The translations under genes and the position numbers were made by a program. A stretch of DNA of 64,000 bases from Nitrosopumilus sp. (lineage in GTDB: Archaea; Thermoproteota; Nitrososphaeria; Nitrososphaerales; Nitrosopumilaceae). Of the stretch, positions 31,114 through 42,791 are shown in pieces. How positions within the stretch are numbered: the stretch's first letter is position 1; each line of letters opens with the position of its first letter. The stretch lies in the NCBI GenBank assembly GCA_965203315.1, contig CBDBCE010000004.1:160001-224000 (forward strand). Direction: 5' to 3'. The notes under the pieces are model-generated. The model ran no database searches. It worked only from the letters and a program-made list of their open reading frames with translations, and had not been told where the DNA came from.

Positions 31114-31250
31114 GTGTTTGTCAATATGATGGACAAATAAATAGATCAAGTTTAGTCCAACACTTTTTTGATCTTGGTTGGTGGGATTGGTGTCACATTA
31201 ATGTCCCTATGAATGTCCCTATGAATGAAATGCATTCAATCTGTAACTGT

Positions 31251-31730
31251 TTATTGGTGAATCTGACATTGGCTTTGAATGGAGCGAACTGTGGTAAAGT
31301 ATGATATGATCAAGATTATGATCGACGCTACTCTGATTGGAATCTCATAAAATGTTAAAAGCGCAGTCGCTGTAGCTCCTATAGAACCAAAGGTCGAGAT
31401 TATTGTAAAACCGACAGGTCCGCAACTACACAATCCAGCAACCGCTCCTATAGTTGATCCTAGTATTCCGCCACTCATCTTTTGTTTGGATGTACGCATA
31501 GTCTTGATTCTGTATATGTTCATAGGAATGACTAGACCCGCTAGTACTCCTAGTGTTATTATTAATATGAAACCAATCTCAGAGCCTGGTGGTACATGAC
31601 CTATCAAGAATGGTTCTATGAATATGTACTCTGATAATAAAAGCAACGTTACTGTCATGCTAACAAATATCGTCACAGCTAGAGTTAGATATGTAAAGTT
31701 GGAGAACACTAGATGTATGATCATGGTCAT
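31251..31730 (-). CDS. Membrane protein co-transcribed with DsbA-like gene
   Basis: Four hydrophobic segments, GLCSCG motif; abuts the DsbA gene. Confidence 0.7.
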   Translation of the reverse strand: MTMIIHLVFSNFTYLTLAVTIFVSMTVTLLLLSEYIFIEPFLIGHVPPGSEIGFILIITLGVLAGLVIPMNIYRIKTMRTSKQKMSGGILGSTIGAVAGLCSCGPVGFTIISTFGSIGATATALLTFYEIPIRVASIIILIISYFTTVRSIQSQCQIHQ

Positions 31731-32393
31731 TTAGATCATGTCGTCCACTATCTGCTTAAAGACCTGGAATGGTTGTGCACCAGAGATCTGTTCTTGACTA
31801 TTTGGTCCAACAATTATGAATCCTGGTGTACCACTTATGCCGTGTTTCTTTGCTTGCTGACTATTGTATCTGACATCCTTTAGATACTTTTTTGAATCCA
31901 AACAAGAATTAAACATGTCCGTGTCTAGATTCATCGAAAACGCAAATGCCTTTAGTCTCTCAGAACTTGCCCAACCGTTGTCGATCTTTGGTTCCTGAGA
32001 TATATACAATATGTCATGATACTCCCAGTATCTTCCTTGCTCGCCGGCGCAGTAAGTAGCTTGAGCTGCAGTTGGAGAGTCACGTCCTAGGAATGCCAGA
32101 TCCACAAATATGAGATTTGCTTTGCCTGTATCGATATAGTCCCTAGTTATCTGCGGTTTTGTGCTGTGAAACCAGTTGTAACACTGATGGCACTGATAAT
32201 CACCAAACTCGATTATAGTGACTGGTGCAGTGGGATTACCCAAGATCGGTGATGCGTGTATGGTCGAGACTGTCCCATGCATCTGTCCAGTTTGTTCACC
32301 TTGTGTGTTTGACAAATCTCCTGTATTTGTTACTGTTAATACAATACTGACTATGATGGCAATTACAATTAACCCTATGACTATCTTGTTCAA
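31731..32393 (-). CDS. DsbA/DsbG-like thioredoxin-fold protein
   Basis: LGNPTAPVTIIEFGDYQCHQC, GISGTPGF, GAQPF; TTG start with TM anchor. Confidence 0.9.
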   Translation of the reverse strand: MNKIVIGLIVIAIIVSIVLTVTNTGDLSNTQGEQTGQMHGTVSTIHASPILGNPTAPVTIIEFGDYQCHQCYNWFHSTKPQITRDYIDTGKANLIFVDLAFLGRDSPTAAQATYCAGEQGRYWEYHDILYISQEPKIDNGWASSERLKAFAFSMNLDTDMFNSCLDSKKYLKDVRYNSQQAKKHGISGTPGFIIVGPNSQEQISGAQPFQVFKQIVDDMI

Positions 32394-32468
32394 TAATTTA
32401 GTATAGTCTATACAATTAAAAAACTTATGCCGAGTTGTACATCGACGATTGAACCACATGTCTGCTGT

Positions 32469-32834
32469 TTAGATATAATGTATACGCATATGCACGTCCA
32501 TCTCTACCTTGTATCTGGTCACGAATCCACAATGAGTACATGATATGATCTCTGGTGTGGGAGTAGGTTCACGATATATAGTCTTGCCAGAGATAGATTG
32601 TATAATGATCAGTTCACCTTCAGTAACTACCATAAAGTTACGACCTTCGTCTATCGAGTCCAAAAACTCTTTGATGAGTGATATCACTTCATGTACATTG
32701 ATTGGTTCATCATCTAATTTTGAGAGTGTGAACTGGTTGTTCTTGAGTGTTGGAATCGCTGCCAAATTGTCTGACACGTAAACTAACAGTTCGTCTCTGA
32801 TCGACAAGACATCCTTGCAGTCAACTTGGATCAT
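32469..32834 (-). CDS. Hypothetical protein with C-terminal C2H2 zinc finger
   Basis: Start MIQVDCKD; ends SCTHCGFVTRYKVEMDVHMRIHYI. Confidence 0.7.
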   Translation of the reverse strand: MIQVDCKDVLSIRDELLVYVSDNLAAIPTLKNNQFTLSKLDDEPINVHEVISLIKEFLDSIDEGRNFMVVTEGELIIIQSISGKTIYREPTPTPEIISCTHCGFVTRYKVEMDVHMRIHYI

Positions 32835-33009
32835 AGATTCACCACGATTGTTATGCTGTGGTACATTGTATTTTAGTCTAACATGCGATGTGATATCTGG
32901 AACGATTTGTTCTATGTTAATAGTACTTGTGCTGATACGTGATGTATTGACATGTATGCACATGAATACTCTACAAAGCGATTTATAGATTATTACGCAA
33001 TATGAATCG

Positions 33010-33396
33010 ATGAAAGACTCTGAGACCTTTGGCGTTGCGGAAGGATGTGGAGATGAGGTTATTGAATGGCTCAATACACAAGCTAGATCACAAAAGACAA
33101 AACTTGAGTTTAGATTGTATGGTTACAAGTTGGTTACAAAAAACTTTGGAACTTTTGAAATGTTTTCGTGGATAGGCGATCCACAAATTGCAAGACGACT
33201 AGTAATTAAAGCAAGCAAACGCTTTCGAGTAAATATCATTGAGGGTGGATACAAACCAAAGGAGAAGATCTTTAAACTAAACAAAGTAGACTACGCCAAA
33301 GTTAAGCGTGGTGATAAGACTATTGGAATACTAGAACTTTATGCACCAAGATTTGGTAACTATCAGTGGAAGGTTAAAGATGAAGAGCGCCACTAG
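33010..33396 (+). CDS. Conserved hypothetical protein
   Basis: 128-aa ORF overlapping the start of the downstream dehydrogenase. Confidence 0.7.
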   Translation: MKDSETFGVAEGCGDEVIEWLNTQARSQKTKLEFRLYGYKLVTKNFGTFEMFSWIGDPQIARRLVIKASKRFRVNIIEGGYKPKEKIFKLNKVDYAKVKRGDKTIGILELYAPRFGNYQWKVKDEERH

Positions 33397-34261
33397 ACAT
33401 ACAATTGGTATCGCAGGTACTGGATTGTTGGGTACGGCAGTAGCTCTACATCTTGTAGATTCGGGGTATGATGTTGTCGTGTATAACAGAACACGAGACA
33501 AGACTATAAAAATTGGTGAGATGGGAGCAAGAGTTGTAGACACACCAGCAGAACTGGCTCGCATTTGTGATATAGTTATAATCATTGTAAGTGATGCTAG
33601 TGCAGTCAACGATATCGCGTTTGGTGAATGTGGGCTAATCCATGGAGCCCACAAAGATATGATAATTGCAGATATGAGTACAATTGGACCACTAGACGCA
33701 AGGCAATTCACAAAGAAATTTCATAGATCTGACATAACAAAGATTGATATCCCTGTTATGGGCGGACCAAATGTTGCAATAGATGGCAAACTAACCATGA
33801 TGATATCTGGTAGCAATGTTGCATATCACCAAATTGAAGATGTGTTGAAGGTTATCGCTGATAATCATTTCTTTGTAGGTGATGACGGTAATGCACAGAC
33901 GATAAAGCTTGCAATGAATATGCAGATAACCGCAATTGCACTTGGACTATCTGAAGGGATAGCGCTAACTAGAAGAGACGGTGTTGATCCAAATCTGTTC
34001 CTCAAAGTACTAAACTCGACATACTTTGGAACTGGAATGAGTAAGAGAAAGGCGTACAAGATGATCACTGACTCGCCAGATCCTACATTCACACTTGCAA
34101 ATCTGGGAAAAGATATTCGTATAATGCAAAATACTGCCAACTCGTTAGGGCTTGATCTACCTATGATTCAGCGAGCAGGTGAGATATACTCTGCAGCTAT
34201 CGCTGGCGGATTAGGTGATCTAGACTATACTGGAATTATTAGATATATTGAACAACACTAG
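33380..34261 (+). CDS. NAD(P)-dependent beta-hydroxyacid dehydrogenase (3-hydroxyisobutyrate/6PGDH family)
   Basis: GIAGTGLLG Rossmann motif, YNRT, DMSTI, DIPVMGG, KLAMN. Confidence 0.9.
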   Translation: MKSATRHTIGIAGTGLLGTAVALHLVDSGYDVVVYNRTRDKTIKIGEMGARVVDTPAELARICDIVIIIVSDASAVNDIAFGECGLIHGAHKDMIIADMSTIGPLDARQFTKKFHRSDITKIDIPVMGGPNVAIDGKLTMMISGSNVAYHQIEDVLKVIADNHFFVGDDGNAQTIKLAMNMQITAIALGLSEGIALTRRDGVDPNLFLKVLNSTYFGTGMSKRKAYKMITDSPDPTFTLANLGKDIRIMQNTANSLGLDLPMIQRAGEIYSAAIAGGLGDLDYTGIIRYIEQH

Positions 34262-34525
34262 TGACATTTTGTAAATTCACGATAACTCAGACCAGTGACC
34301 AACATTGCAATACATGTTACTATTGACCACAATGCAATAGAAGACATGGTCGATTCATCCATGTGTGTGATTGATGTGGGATTAATCTAAATTTTTGGGT
34401 CGCTAGTATTTGTCCTCAAATGCAGATCGTCAGAAAGGTCAGTTCCGTCAAGTTGATGGGAGTTGAGATAAGACGATGCTATCTTTATCTACGATGCGAC
34501 TCTGTAATTTACACTAGATAACACA

Positions 34526-36059
34526 GGAGTTCATGCGAAAGTCATTTTCAGGCACATATGATGCGTGATGGGTCAAATCTGACTAAATTCTCCGAGTTAT
34601 TGCGGGTTTCGTGTATGTGAGGAGGAGTAAAAAATTAACCAAAAATAGAATACGCAACAAGACCATTTTTTAAGACACTCTATGGTAAATACCAATTTGA
34701 ATAAACAAGAGTATGGCTAATTCGAGCGAGGAACTGGTGCTTGAACAACGACTCAAAGCAGCAGAAGAGCGTGCAGATATAGCAGAAGAACAGCTCAAAG
34801 CAGCAAAAAAAGAACTCGAGCTCCCTCCATGTAAGAATATCCTTAGCAATGAAAAGACTCTATGGGAGCATACAAAGCTGGATTTTGACATGTTTAACTT
34901 TTTGCTCGGCCTGTTTATAGAATGGATACCGGCAGCAGATGTTCACAGACAGTTTCGTAATGTTCTCATAGTGCGTGGAAGAATATCCAAACTAACTCCC
35001 GAGTATGCCATGCTCTTGGCAATTCTGAGACTGGTAAGTGGTCACAGTCAGTGCCATCTTGCCAGTAGATTTGGCATAGATCAGAGTAATGTGTCCCGGT
35101 ACTGTACATACATGAATCAGTTTTTTCAAAGTTTGGGTTTTTCGCCAGACGAGTTGGCAAATGCGATAAGTAAATGCAAGACAAAGAAAGAGCTTGCAAA
35201 ATGGGTAAAGGATCATACATTCTTGTTCGATGGATCACACACTCGTGTTCCGACGCCCGTAGATAGCGAGATACGCAATGACTACAAATCAGGCAAAAAA
35301 AAGATGCATACGGTAAATACGCTATTGATGTGTACAAAAGAGAGACTGATAGTACATGTGTCTCCTACGTTTCCTGGTAAGACACACGATTTCAGCATAT
35401 TCAAAGAGCTCAAACTGAATCTTGGCAAGTGGTCCATGTCGTTAACAGATCCAAACACTCCACTTCGCCAAAGACTGTACATTCTAGTAGATCTAGGATT
35501 CCTAGGGATTCGAGATATCTTTGTAGGTGCCAAGATAGGCATAAAATACAAGAAACCCAAAGGTGGGCAACTCACAAAAGAACAAGAGATATACAACAAA
35601 AAGATAGACAGTGAACGCGCCACAGTAGAACACGTAGTTGGATGTGTAAAGCAGTTTAAACTCTTGTTCAACATGTTCCGAGGAGATGACGACCAATACA
35701 ACGATGCCTTCAAGATGGCATCTACACTGGTCAACTATCACGTTCTTTGGGATCATGAACACGGCAGACCTAGTCCTAGATTAGAAGAGCTTGTTGCAGC
35801 ATGGAGAGTAAAGATAAACCGTAAAAAACAGGCTAAACTAAAAAAGATGAAATTATCTCACCGCATAGTTGCGTAAATAATACGCACCAACATTGTGATT
35901 TATAGAATGATATTGTAAGATATCAAGGTACGATTCATTGTTTTACTCACTGCGTACATGTACAATTCTACAGATCACAAGCCTGAGATCACTTTATAAT
36001 TTGGAATGTCTTTGTTGCTAGGTGTCCAGAGTCTTCAAAACGACTTTCGCATGAACTCC
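34526..36059 (+). mobile_element. Complete IS, IS5 superfamily (ISL2-like)
   Basis: TIRs GGAGTTCATGCGAAAGTC[A/G]TTTT at both ends; 3-bp TSD ACA (34523-34525 / 36060-36062). Confidence 0.9.
34713..35876 (+). CDS. DDE transposase (DDE_Tnp_4 + HTH type)
   Basis: LASRFGIDQSNVSR HTH; FDGSH, YKSGKKKMHTVN, GKTHD, VDLGFLG, R.TVEHVVG..K. Confidence 0.9.
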   Translation: MANSSEELVLEQRLKAAEERADIAEEQLKAAKKELELPPCKNILSNEKTLWEHTKLDFDMFNFLLGLFIEWIPAADVHRQFRNVLIVRGRISKLTPEYAMLLAILRLVSGHSQCHLASRFGIDQSNVSRYCTYMNQFFQSLGFSPDELANAISKCKTKKELAKWVKDHTFLFDGSHTRVPTPVDSEIRNDYKSGKKKMHTVNTLLMCTKERLIVHVSPTFPGKTHDFSIFKELKLNLGKWSMSLTDPNTPLRQRLYILVDLGFLGIRDIFVGAKIGIKYKKPKGGQLTKEQEIYNKKIDSERATVEHVVGCVKQFKLLFNMFRGDDDQYNDAFKMASTLVNYHVLWDHEHGRPSPRLEELVAAWRVKINRKKQAKLKKMKLSHRIVA

Positions 36060-36295
36060 ACAATGTGGGATATGAAAAGTAACATGTACATTTAACACGA
36101 CATTCATCTACTTACCACTCATCAATATCTACTCATTTTGAAGGTTGTTTCTTGACAAATACAACTGTTGGTCTATCCTCTTTTAGAGACATGTGTGATC
36201 GGTAATGGTTGTATCTTGCATGAATAACAGAACTGCTGTATTTTGCATATGTTCACATTCTACATGTGTACTGGCATGTAGATACACAAGATAGA

Positions 36296-36329
36296 TTTAT
36301 AACTTGCTGGGGGGGGGGGGGGGTGCATA
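36296..36329 (+). promoter_or_regulatory. TATA box followed by G15 homopolymer upstream of giant surface protein gene
   Basis: TTTATAA at 36296-36302, 15 G at 36309-36323, TTG start at 36330. Confidence 0.65.
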
Positions 36330-39300
36330 TTGCTCAAGAGCCATTTGACCCTTCTGCTAGTCTTGATAGCAGTTGTACCGTTTTTGATAGTCTATGCGCC
36401 TGATGCATATGCCGCACCTATAACCATTCCTGAGCCCACTGGTTATCCTACTACATTTGGGGATGGCTTTACCTCTCTAATATATGATAATCGTAGTGCG
36501 GATATATCTTTACATTTAGATCCACGCCTCCTTGTTCCAGCGAACAATGCTGACAAGGGAGAGCTCTATACACAAAGAAACACAAAGATACTACCTCATC
36601 CAGAACTTGTACCTGGTCAATGGCTTACTTTTGTATTCGATCATCTGACCAACAATCCTGCTAGTATTACAAAGCCTAGTAATGTAGTTGGTGATCATAA
36701 TATTCTGATAATTCATAGTAGTGGTAGCTTTCCTCCAGGACGTACCTACTCTCATGTTCTTAGTGGCAACACTGGAACTGCACCTCTATTAATCGATAAA
36801 GAGGTGCGAGTCTCGATCAACAGTACGGCGATCTCTTCTCCCAAACCCTTCTTCTTTTCTACTTTTGAGAATATAACTCAGGGACATCCAATACCTGAAT
36901 GTAGTGCTACCAACTTTGACAGCTCTACTCAAACTCTAAAAGGTAATTACAAGATGTGTTATGGTATTTTAAATGACTATATCGTTATAATCACAAAACG
37001 ACTTGGACATTTTGGCGTAACGACCACACTGAATGCGCCTAGTACTCCTATAGATATACACGCTCGTACACTATCAATACCCAAGCCTGACAACCTCGAG
37101 ATATCTACTAACCATACTCTAAGAACCAATACCGTTGATCAAAGTACCAATCAGACTTCATTTGTTGTCCGAGATACCAACAACGAATTTGTTCGATCCC
37201 CTGTGGCATTCAAGAACAAACCCAATGGTCAAGTGGGCGATGTATACATACCAATCTTTACGCGTACAGTAGCAAATCCAATATTTGATGCCTCTCCACC
37301 ATTCTCTTATCAGAATACTGACTGTAATGTAGATGTCTGGTCTATAACGGAACTGGCCAAGACCAATAACGTTCCATCGTTTACTATACCAAACAACATA
37401 AACCCAACTAATCCAAACAATATAGTCGGACTGGCACTCGACTTTGCTAATGTTACTAGTAGTTGTGCTGTAGATATGGACGCCAAATCACCAAATCCTC
37501 TATTAACCGAGAAAGAGATGAGATTTACAATATACAATACAATCAACCAACCTTACTATTTCTCGCCTCGTGACAGTACGACTAGTGCCGTACAAGTACC
37601 TGCTTGTACTACTGATACAATACATCTGAACAATCAGACTCTCAAAGGCACTACAAAGATGTGTTATGGTACGAACGGTGACGATATCGTAATAATAACA
37701 AAGAGGATTGCATTTTATGCAATCGCGGGTGCTGGTACACCAGATCCATCTGAGCCGGTCTCGGTCGAACTCTATATCCATAGCGACGGTTCGGCACGTT
37801 TCAATCTTGGTAATAATGACAACCACACACTGAATGCTTATCATCAGTCTCACGGCAGTATCCTACTATACAACGACACAAGCATATCTCATCCTATATT
37901 TGCAGCATCAGGAGACTGTACAGTTGGAACTAGCATCACTGTTCAAGGATATAGTATTGGCCAAAAGAGCTCTACTAGCGATCCAGTTCTTGATGTATCA
38001 CTACCGACAAATGTAGAGTCCGGTGCAAAGACGATAGGACTCGACTTTGGGTTACATGCTGCAAACTCTACTCGTGTAGAGACTGATGCTGAACAGTGTT
38101 TGATAGATCGTCTCATCACTCCAAACTATACCAATGCACCACTCATCACAAACAATGATATGATAATCACACTAGATGGTCAGGCCGACCAAAAAGCATT
38201 CTTTATCTCAAACTTTCAAAACATAACTCTTGCTCAACCGATCGCAGCATGTACCGCCACAAACTTTGACAACTCTACCAAACAACTCAAAGGCCAAGCT
38301 CTAATGTGTCATATCAGCTATGGTGGAGATCTGATCATTGCAACAAAGCAGATAGGATTCTATGGTGCAACGAGTGGATTTACAAAACTAGACGGTGTCT
38401 TGTCGTTACAGAAACCTCCTGGTCCACACAGAGATCATTCTCTGTGGATTAGTCAGGATAGTAGTGCAAGTACTATAACCTTTGGCAGCAATAAAAGATA
38501 TCAGATAGATTTTGGCGGTGGGCCCACATTAGCACATGTCAACAAGCCTATTGGTGATATCTATATCTCTACAGGTACAAAAATCAAGAATGACTTTTTT
38601 AGTCCAGGTAATAGCCGTGGTAGTTGTTTCTTTGGCACATACTCTATCTATTATACAAGTACTCAAGGTGGTCCAGGTTTACCCTCTAATGTATTTCCTA
38701 CAGTTACAGCAGGTAATCCATCTGGACTAACCTATCGGGGAGTATCCAACTGCGCAAACTGGAGTCCTCCGACACCACTGATAGCCGACAAAGAGATGCA
38801 GATATCACTATACAACAAGATGGCCCAGAAAGCGTGGTTCTCTGCACCTCGTGAGGGTATACACGAAGCACAACCGATCCCAGCATGTACCACAGACATG
38901 ATATATCCAAACAACAATACCCTCAAAGACGGTACGACGATGTGCTATGGGGTAAATGGTACAGACATGATAATAGTGACCAAGAGATTCCAAGGATCTC
39001 ATGGATCTGCCAACGTCATAAATCCACCACAGACACCAGTCGATCTCAATCCACCCCCGCCGCCAGATCCAGGCAGTTCATCCACAACATCACTAGTTCC
39101 ACCACAAAACTTTGCAAGTCTGTCGCCCCAGTTTACGGCATTTGGGATCATCCCACGTGGCGCAAGCATAGGTGGCGATATCAACGTGAACACTGATACT
39201 CGATTTGGTCCACCAAACAGCAAAGGTGACGTGGTAATACAGGCCAATACAAAGGTAAAGCCTGCTGCTCTATTTGACACTGACATCGGAAGACCTTGCA

Positions 39301-40585
39301 TCAGCGTCAACTTTAGAGATCCCGCAATCTTGGTGACCCCTCCTACTGTTCTACGAGGTGCAGATGCAATGGGATTTGACTTGTCAACATCTACTGGTCT
39401 GACTCCTGTATGTACGATAGACCCTACAACATTCAACGGAACTCTATTAACAGACAAAGAGCTGCGCATAACGCTATATCCAAACGCAACCACCGATACA
39501 ATAGCGCCGCACTTTTTCTCACAAGAACAAGGAAATTCAGCTACTAAGCCGATACCTCTGTGTACTAGTACAAACATGCACGCCAACCAGACTCTGATAG
39601 GCGACACAGAGATGTGCTATGGCACACACGACAACAACACCATAATCATATCAAAGCGCATTGGCATATACAGTGCAAATGCACCAACAGGAACTATTGT
39701 TCCAGATCCTGTATCTACACCTGTAAATACGGTCAACGGTACAATATCGTTCACAGTATCAGGCGCATGGACACCAGGTGAGCAAGCTACAGTATCAATA
39801 TCTGATGCAGATCAAAACACCAACAGTGCAGCAGACGACGATCAAACTATATCGAATGCAAAATCTAGAATTCCAACACTGATAACAGGTGATCCACATA
39901 CGCTAAAAGATGGCGATACAGATCAAATATACGCATATACGGGACGAGGCAGCACATGGATATCATTCCTTCAAGATCCCAGTCAATCTTACATACATCG
40001 ATTAAACTATAAAACAGATGACAGTCATCGTGGTATAATATCGTGGACTGGTGGTGATCTATCAAACAACGCAGAGACTCTATCACTTGGAGGTGCTGGA
40101 GTAGGACCAATGCTTGCGATACCTCTGGGTACGCTAGGTGATCTCCGTGATTCCATAAACGACGACGACCTCAACGGTACAGGCAACTTTACAGGACGAA
40201 ACCTGATAAACTATGACTTTGGTTCACTGACCCCAAACATCCGAAAGAGTCAGCTTACCATAGTGAATAGTGCTGGAACTTATTTGTACAGTGGCGTATT
40301 TGCAAGTGATGATACGAGATTCCCAAACCATAATGCTAAATCTGACATACTAGATATTACCGGTTTTACAGTTGCACATCAGACTGGTACCGACTATGTA
40401 CTGACAGGCCCTGATCTATTATCTCAAACTAATGTAAACGACAACAGTCAAGTTTTATGGATAATAGAGTTCAGCGAGAGTCTAGTGCTTACAGAAGGTA
40501 TAGAATATCCAATCGTACTGGACTTTATCTCGTACGGATTCTATGGTGATGGTGACAGTACAGATGAGCGTATAGCAAACCAGAT

Positions 40586-41492
40586 GGCGATTGCTCATTT
40601 CGAGCCCCTAAGCATGTATTGTACCAATAAATCAAACAGATCGCATTCTCGGTTATTGTATCGCCACTCCATCTCCTTGAGATACAGTAAGAATTTCTTT
40701 GAACTCACACCTCGATACTTTGCCAAGTTCAATTTAGCAAAGCCCCAGAACCCTTCCATTCCATTGATGTGAACATCGCCTTTTGCGAAGCTCTTTTGAT
40801 GATTAACTGATTCTCGATCATATCCATGAAAGATCAAGGTGTCATACCCTTTCCACTTGTCCGTGTATATCATGCTGCCCTTCTTTACTTTCTTGATCGT
40901 TGATTCAAGCAGAGTTTTAGCTGTGACGTCTGGTACAATGTCAACACGTACCTTGCCACCTCTCTGCAATATGCCAAAAACGATAGTCTTATTTCCGGCG
41001 CCGCGGCCTCGTTTTCCTTTACGTTTACCCCCAAAATACGACTCATCTGCTTCGATTTTGCCCTTTAATGTTCGATATTCGTCATTTAGTTGCATTAGAA
41101 TCACGCTCCTGAAAATATCAAAAGCTTTGAGTGCCGTATTGTAAGACAATCTTGCTTGTTTTGCAGCAACTCTTGCAGATACAGCTAGTTCAAACAATTT
41201 GACAAGTACCAGCCATTTTGAATATGAGATTTTGAGTGACGAAAATCTGGATTTGTTAAACGGTCTGAAATCTTTTTTGCATAATTTACAACGTAACCGA
41301 TCTCTGTTTTTCATGTAATGGTATTGATCGCACTGACAAAATTTACAAACGATCTTGTCTGAACTATGAGATTCCAAATATTTCATTATTGCATACCCAT
41401 CATTTCTCATCTCAAGAAGAGATATCAAATCCATCAAGACTTGCGTCTAAATTTAGTCATATTTAGTTAGGGGCTCGAAATGAGCAATCGCC
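40586..41492 (-). mobile_element. Complete IS1595-family element (907 bp)
   Basis: Perfect 26-bp TIR GGCGATTGCTCATTTCGAGCCCCTAA; direct repeat ACCAGAT at 40579-40585 and 41493-41499. Confidence 0.93.
40595..41437 (-). CDS. IS1595-family transposase
   Basis: Zn ribbon CxxC..CxxC, IEADESYFGG.RKGKRGRGA, YTDKW.GY, VNH, HINGMEGFW, YLKEMEWRYN. Confidence 0.95.
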   Translation of the reverse strand: MMDLISLLEMRNDGYAIMKYLESHSSDKIVCKFCQCDQYHYMKNRDRLRCKLCKKDFRPFNKSRFSSLKISYSKWLVLVKLFELAVSARVAAKQARLSYNTALKAFDIFRSVILMQLNDEYRTLKGKIEADESYFGGKRKGKRGRGAGNKTIVFGILQRGGKVRVDIVPDVTAKTLLESTIKKVKKGSMIYTDKWKGYDTLIFHGYDRESVNHQKSFAKGDVHINGMEGFWGFAKLNLAKYRGVSSKKFLLYLKEMEWRYNNRECDLFDLLVQYMLRGSK

Positions 41493-41559
41493 ACCAGATA
41501 ATACGTATAGCAGCAGAAGAGACTGGTGTAAACACTGGTACATTTACAGGTACGATATC

Positions 41560-42791
41560 CAGTGATCCCAAATGTGCTCAGATTGGGCTGAGATGGGAGT
41601 CGATCGAAACATTTAGATCGGGCAAGTTTTTGGATACTCTTTATGGTTCAAAAAACCAGGATGCAACGTGATGTGCGCTCAAAAAGAACAACATACAATG
41701 CCATCATCATGTGGCTGTTCTCTCTCGAAATATCGGTATCAAATCGATACAACAGATTGTACGACGAGTACAATGTCTTTTACGTGATGATGGTGACCAT
41801 GATAAATGGTGCAACGATTACAAGCTGTGCAATATCTGTAAGACAGATATTCGAACTATCGCCAACAAGTGAATGGTTTAGAGTATTATTTGCAAAAATG
41901 TCTAAACTTAATTTCCAAAGACAATTCAAAACTATTGTCAAACAACAGATCAAATCTTTACAGGATGCAGATATTTGGCCAGATGTAGTCAACATTGCAA
42001 TAGACAAACACAAAATCATGCGATACGACAAACAAAATAAAAAACTGAAACGCTGCAAACCAGAAAAGGGAACAGACAAGGTAGAGACCTACATGACTGC
42101 CCAAGTTGCTCATCCAATAGCAAAACTAAATCTGGCAGGTATTCTCATGTCTGCAGCTGATAATAACGTAGTTTCTATAGGTAAAATCATCGATATCTGT
42201 GCGTCATACAAGTTCAAGATCGGTGTATTCTTGTTTGATCGTGAATTTTATGCTGCAGAGATATTTGCTAAATTTCAAAACACTGCATACAAGTTTCTTA
42301 CCCCATGTAAAAACACCGCATATGTTAAACACTGCATACAAGAGTACCAGCAAGGACTACGTGGTAGAATATCACAAGCGAAAATCACCAACGGAAAAGG
42401 ATTGACCGTACCATTTACCATGATAATAACCAAGAACAGAAAAGGAAAGTTGATGGCATATGCAACAAATGATCCCAGCATCGACGTATCGATATATGCA
42501 AGTCGATGGATCATAGAATCTGGATATCGTGATCTAGAACAGATGAGATTAAAGATGCAGAGTAAAAGCGAATCTGTAAGATTTATGTTGTTTTTGTTTA
42601 GTATGTTATTTTACAACGCATGGATCCTAGCACGACACATGCCATCTGAAACAAAAGGATTCTCAGAGATGGGCAAGAAAGTCACCAAAGTATACTTTAA
42701 GACATTTTTACAGCTGCGTTTTCGAGAGCTAATGGCTTGTTGGCCACCACCCACGAAATGAGTCTAAGAGGCAGCACATTTGGGATGACTG
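41560..42791 (+). mobile_element. Complete ISH3-like element (1,232 bp)
   Basis: TIR CAGT[G/C]ATCCCAAATGTGCT; 5-bp TSD ATATC (41555-41559 / 42792-42796). Confidence 0.9.
41643..42761 (+). CDS. ISH3-like DDE transposase
   Basis: IAIDKH, LFDREF, Y..RWIIESGYR (YREK-like), LFYNAWILAR. Confidence 0.88.
   Translation: MVQKTRMQRDVRSKRTTYNAIIMWLFSLEISVSNRYNRLYDEYNVFYVMMVTMINGATITSCAISVRQIFELSPTSEWFRVLFAKMSKLNFQRQFKTIVKQQIKSLQDADIWPDVVNIAIDKHKIMRYDKQNKKLKRCKPEKGTDKVETYMTAQVAHPIAKLNLAGILMSAADNNVVSIGKIIDICASYKFKIGVFLFDREFYAAEIFAKFQNTAYKFLTPCKNTAYVKHCIQEYQQGLRGRISQAKITNGKGLTVPFTMIITKNRKGKLMAYATNDPSIDVSIYASRWIIESGYRDLEQMRLKMQSKSESVRFMLFLFSMLFYNAWILARHMPSETKGFSEMGKKVTKVYFKTFLQLRFRELMACWPPPTK

Noticed and set aside
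31199-31226. 12-bp tandem duplication ATGTCCCTATGA
   Set aside because: Two copies in an intergenic region with no supporting context.
38999-39607. Antisense ORFs within large genes (e.g. 202 aa here, 43142-43630)
   Set aside because: Shadow ORFs of Thr/Asp/Asn-rich sense codons with no recognisable motifs.
41480-41671. 63-aa ORF between the two IS elements
   Set aside because: Chimera of IS1595 TIR, a short remnant of the giant gene and the ISH3 left end.
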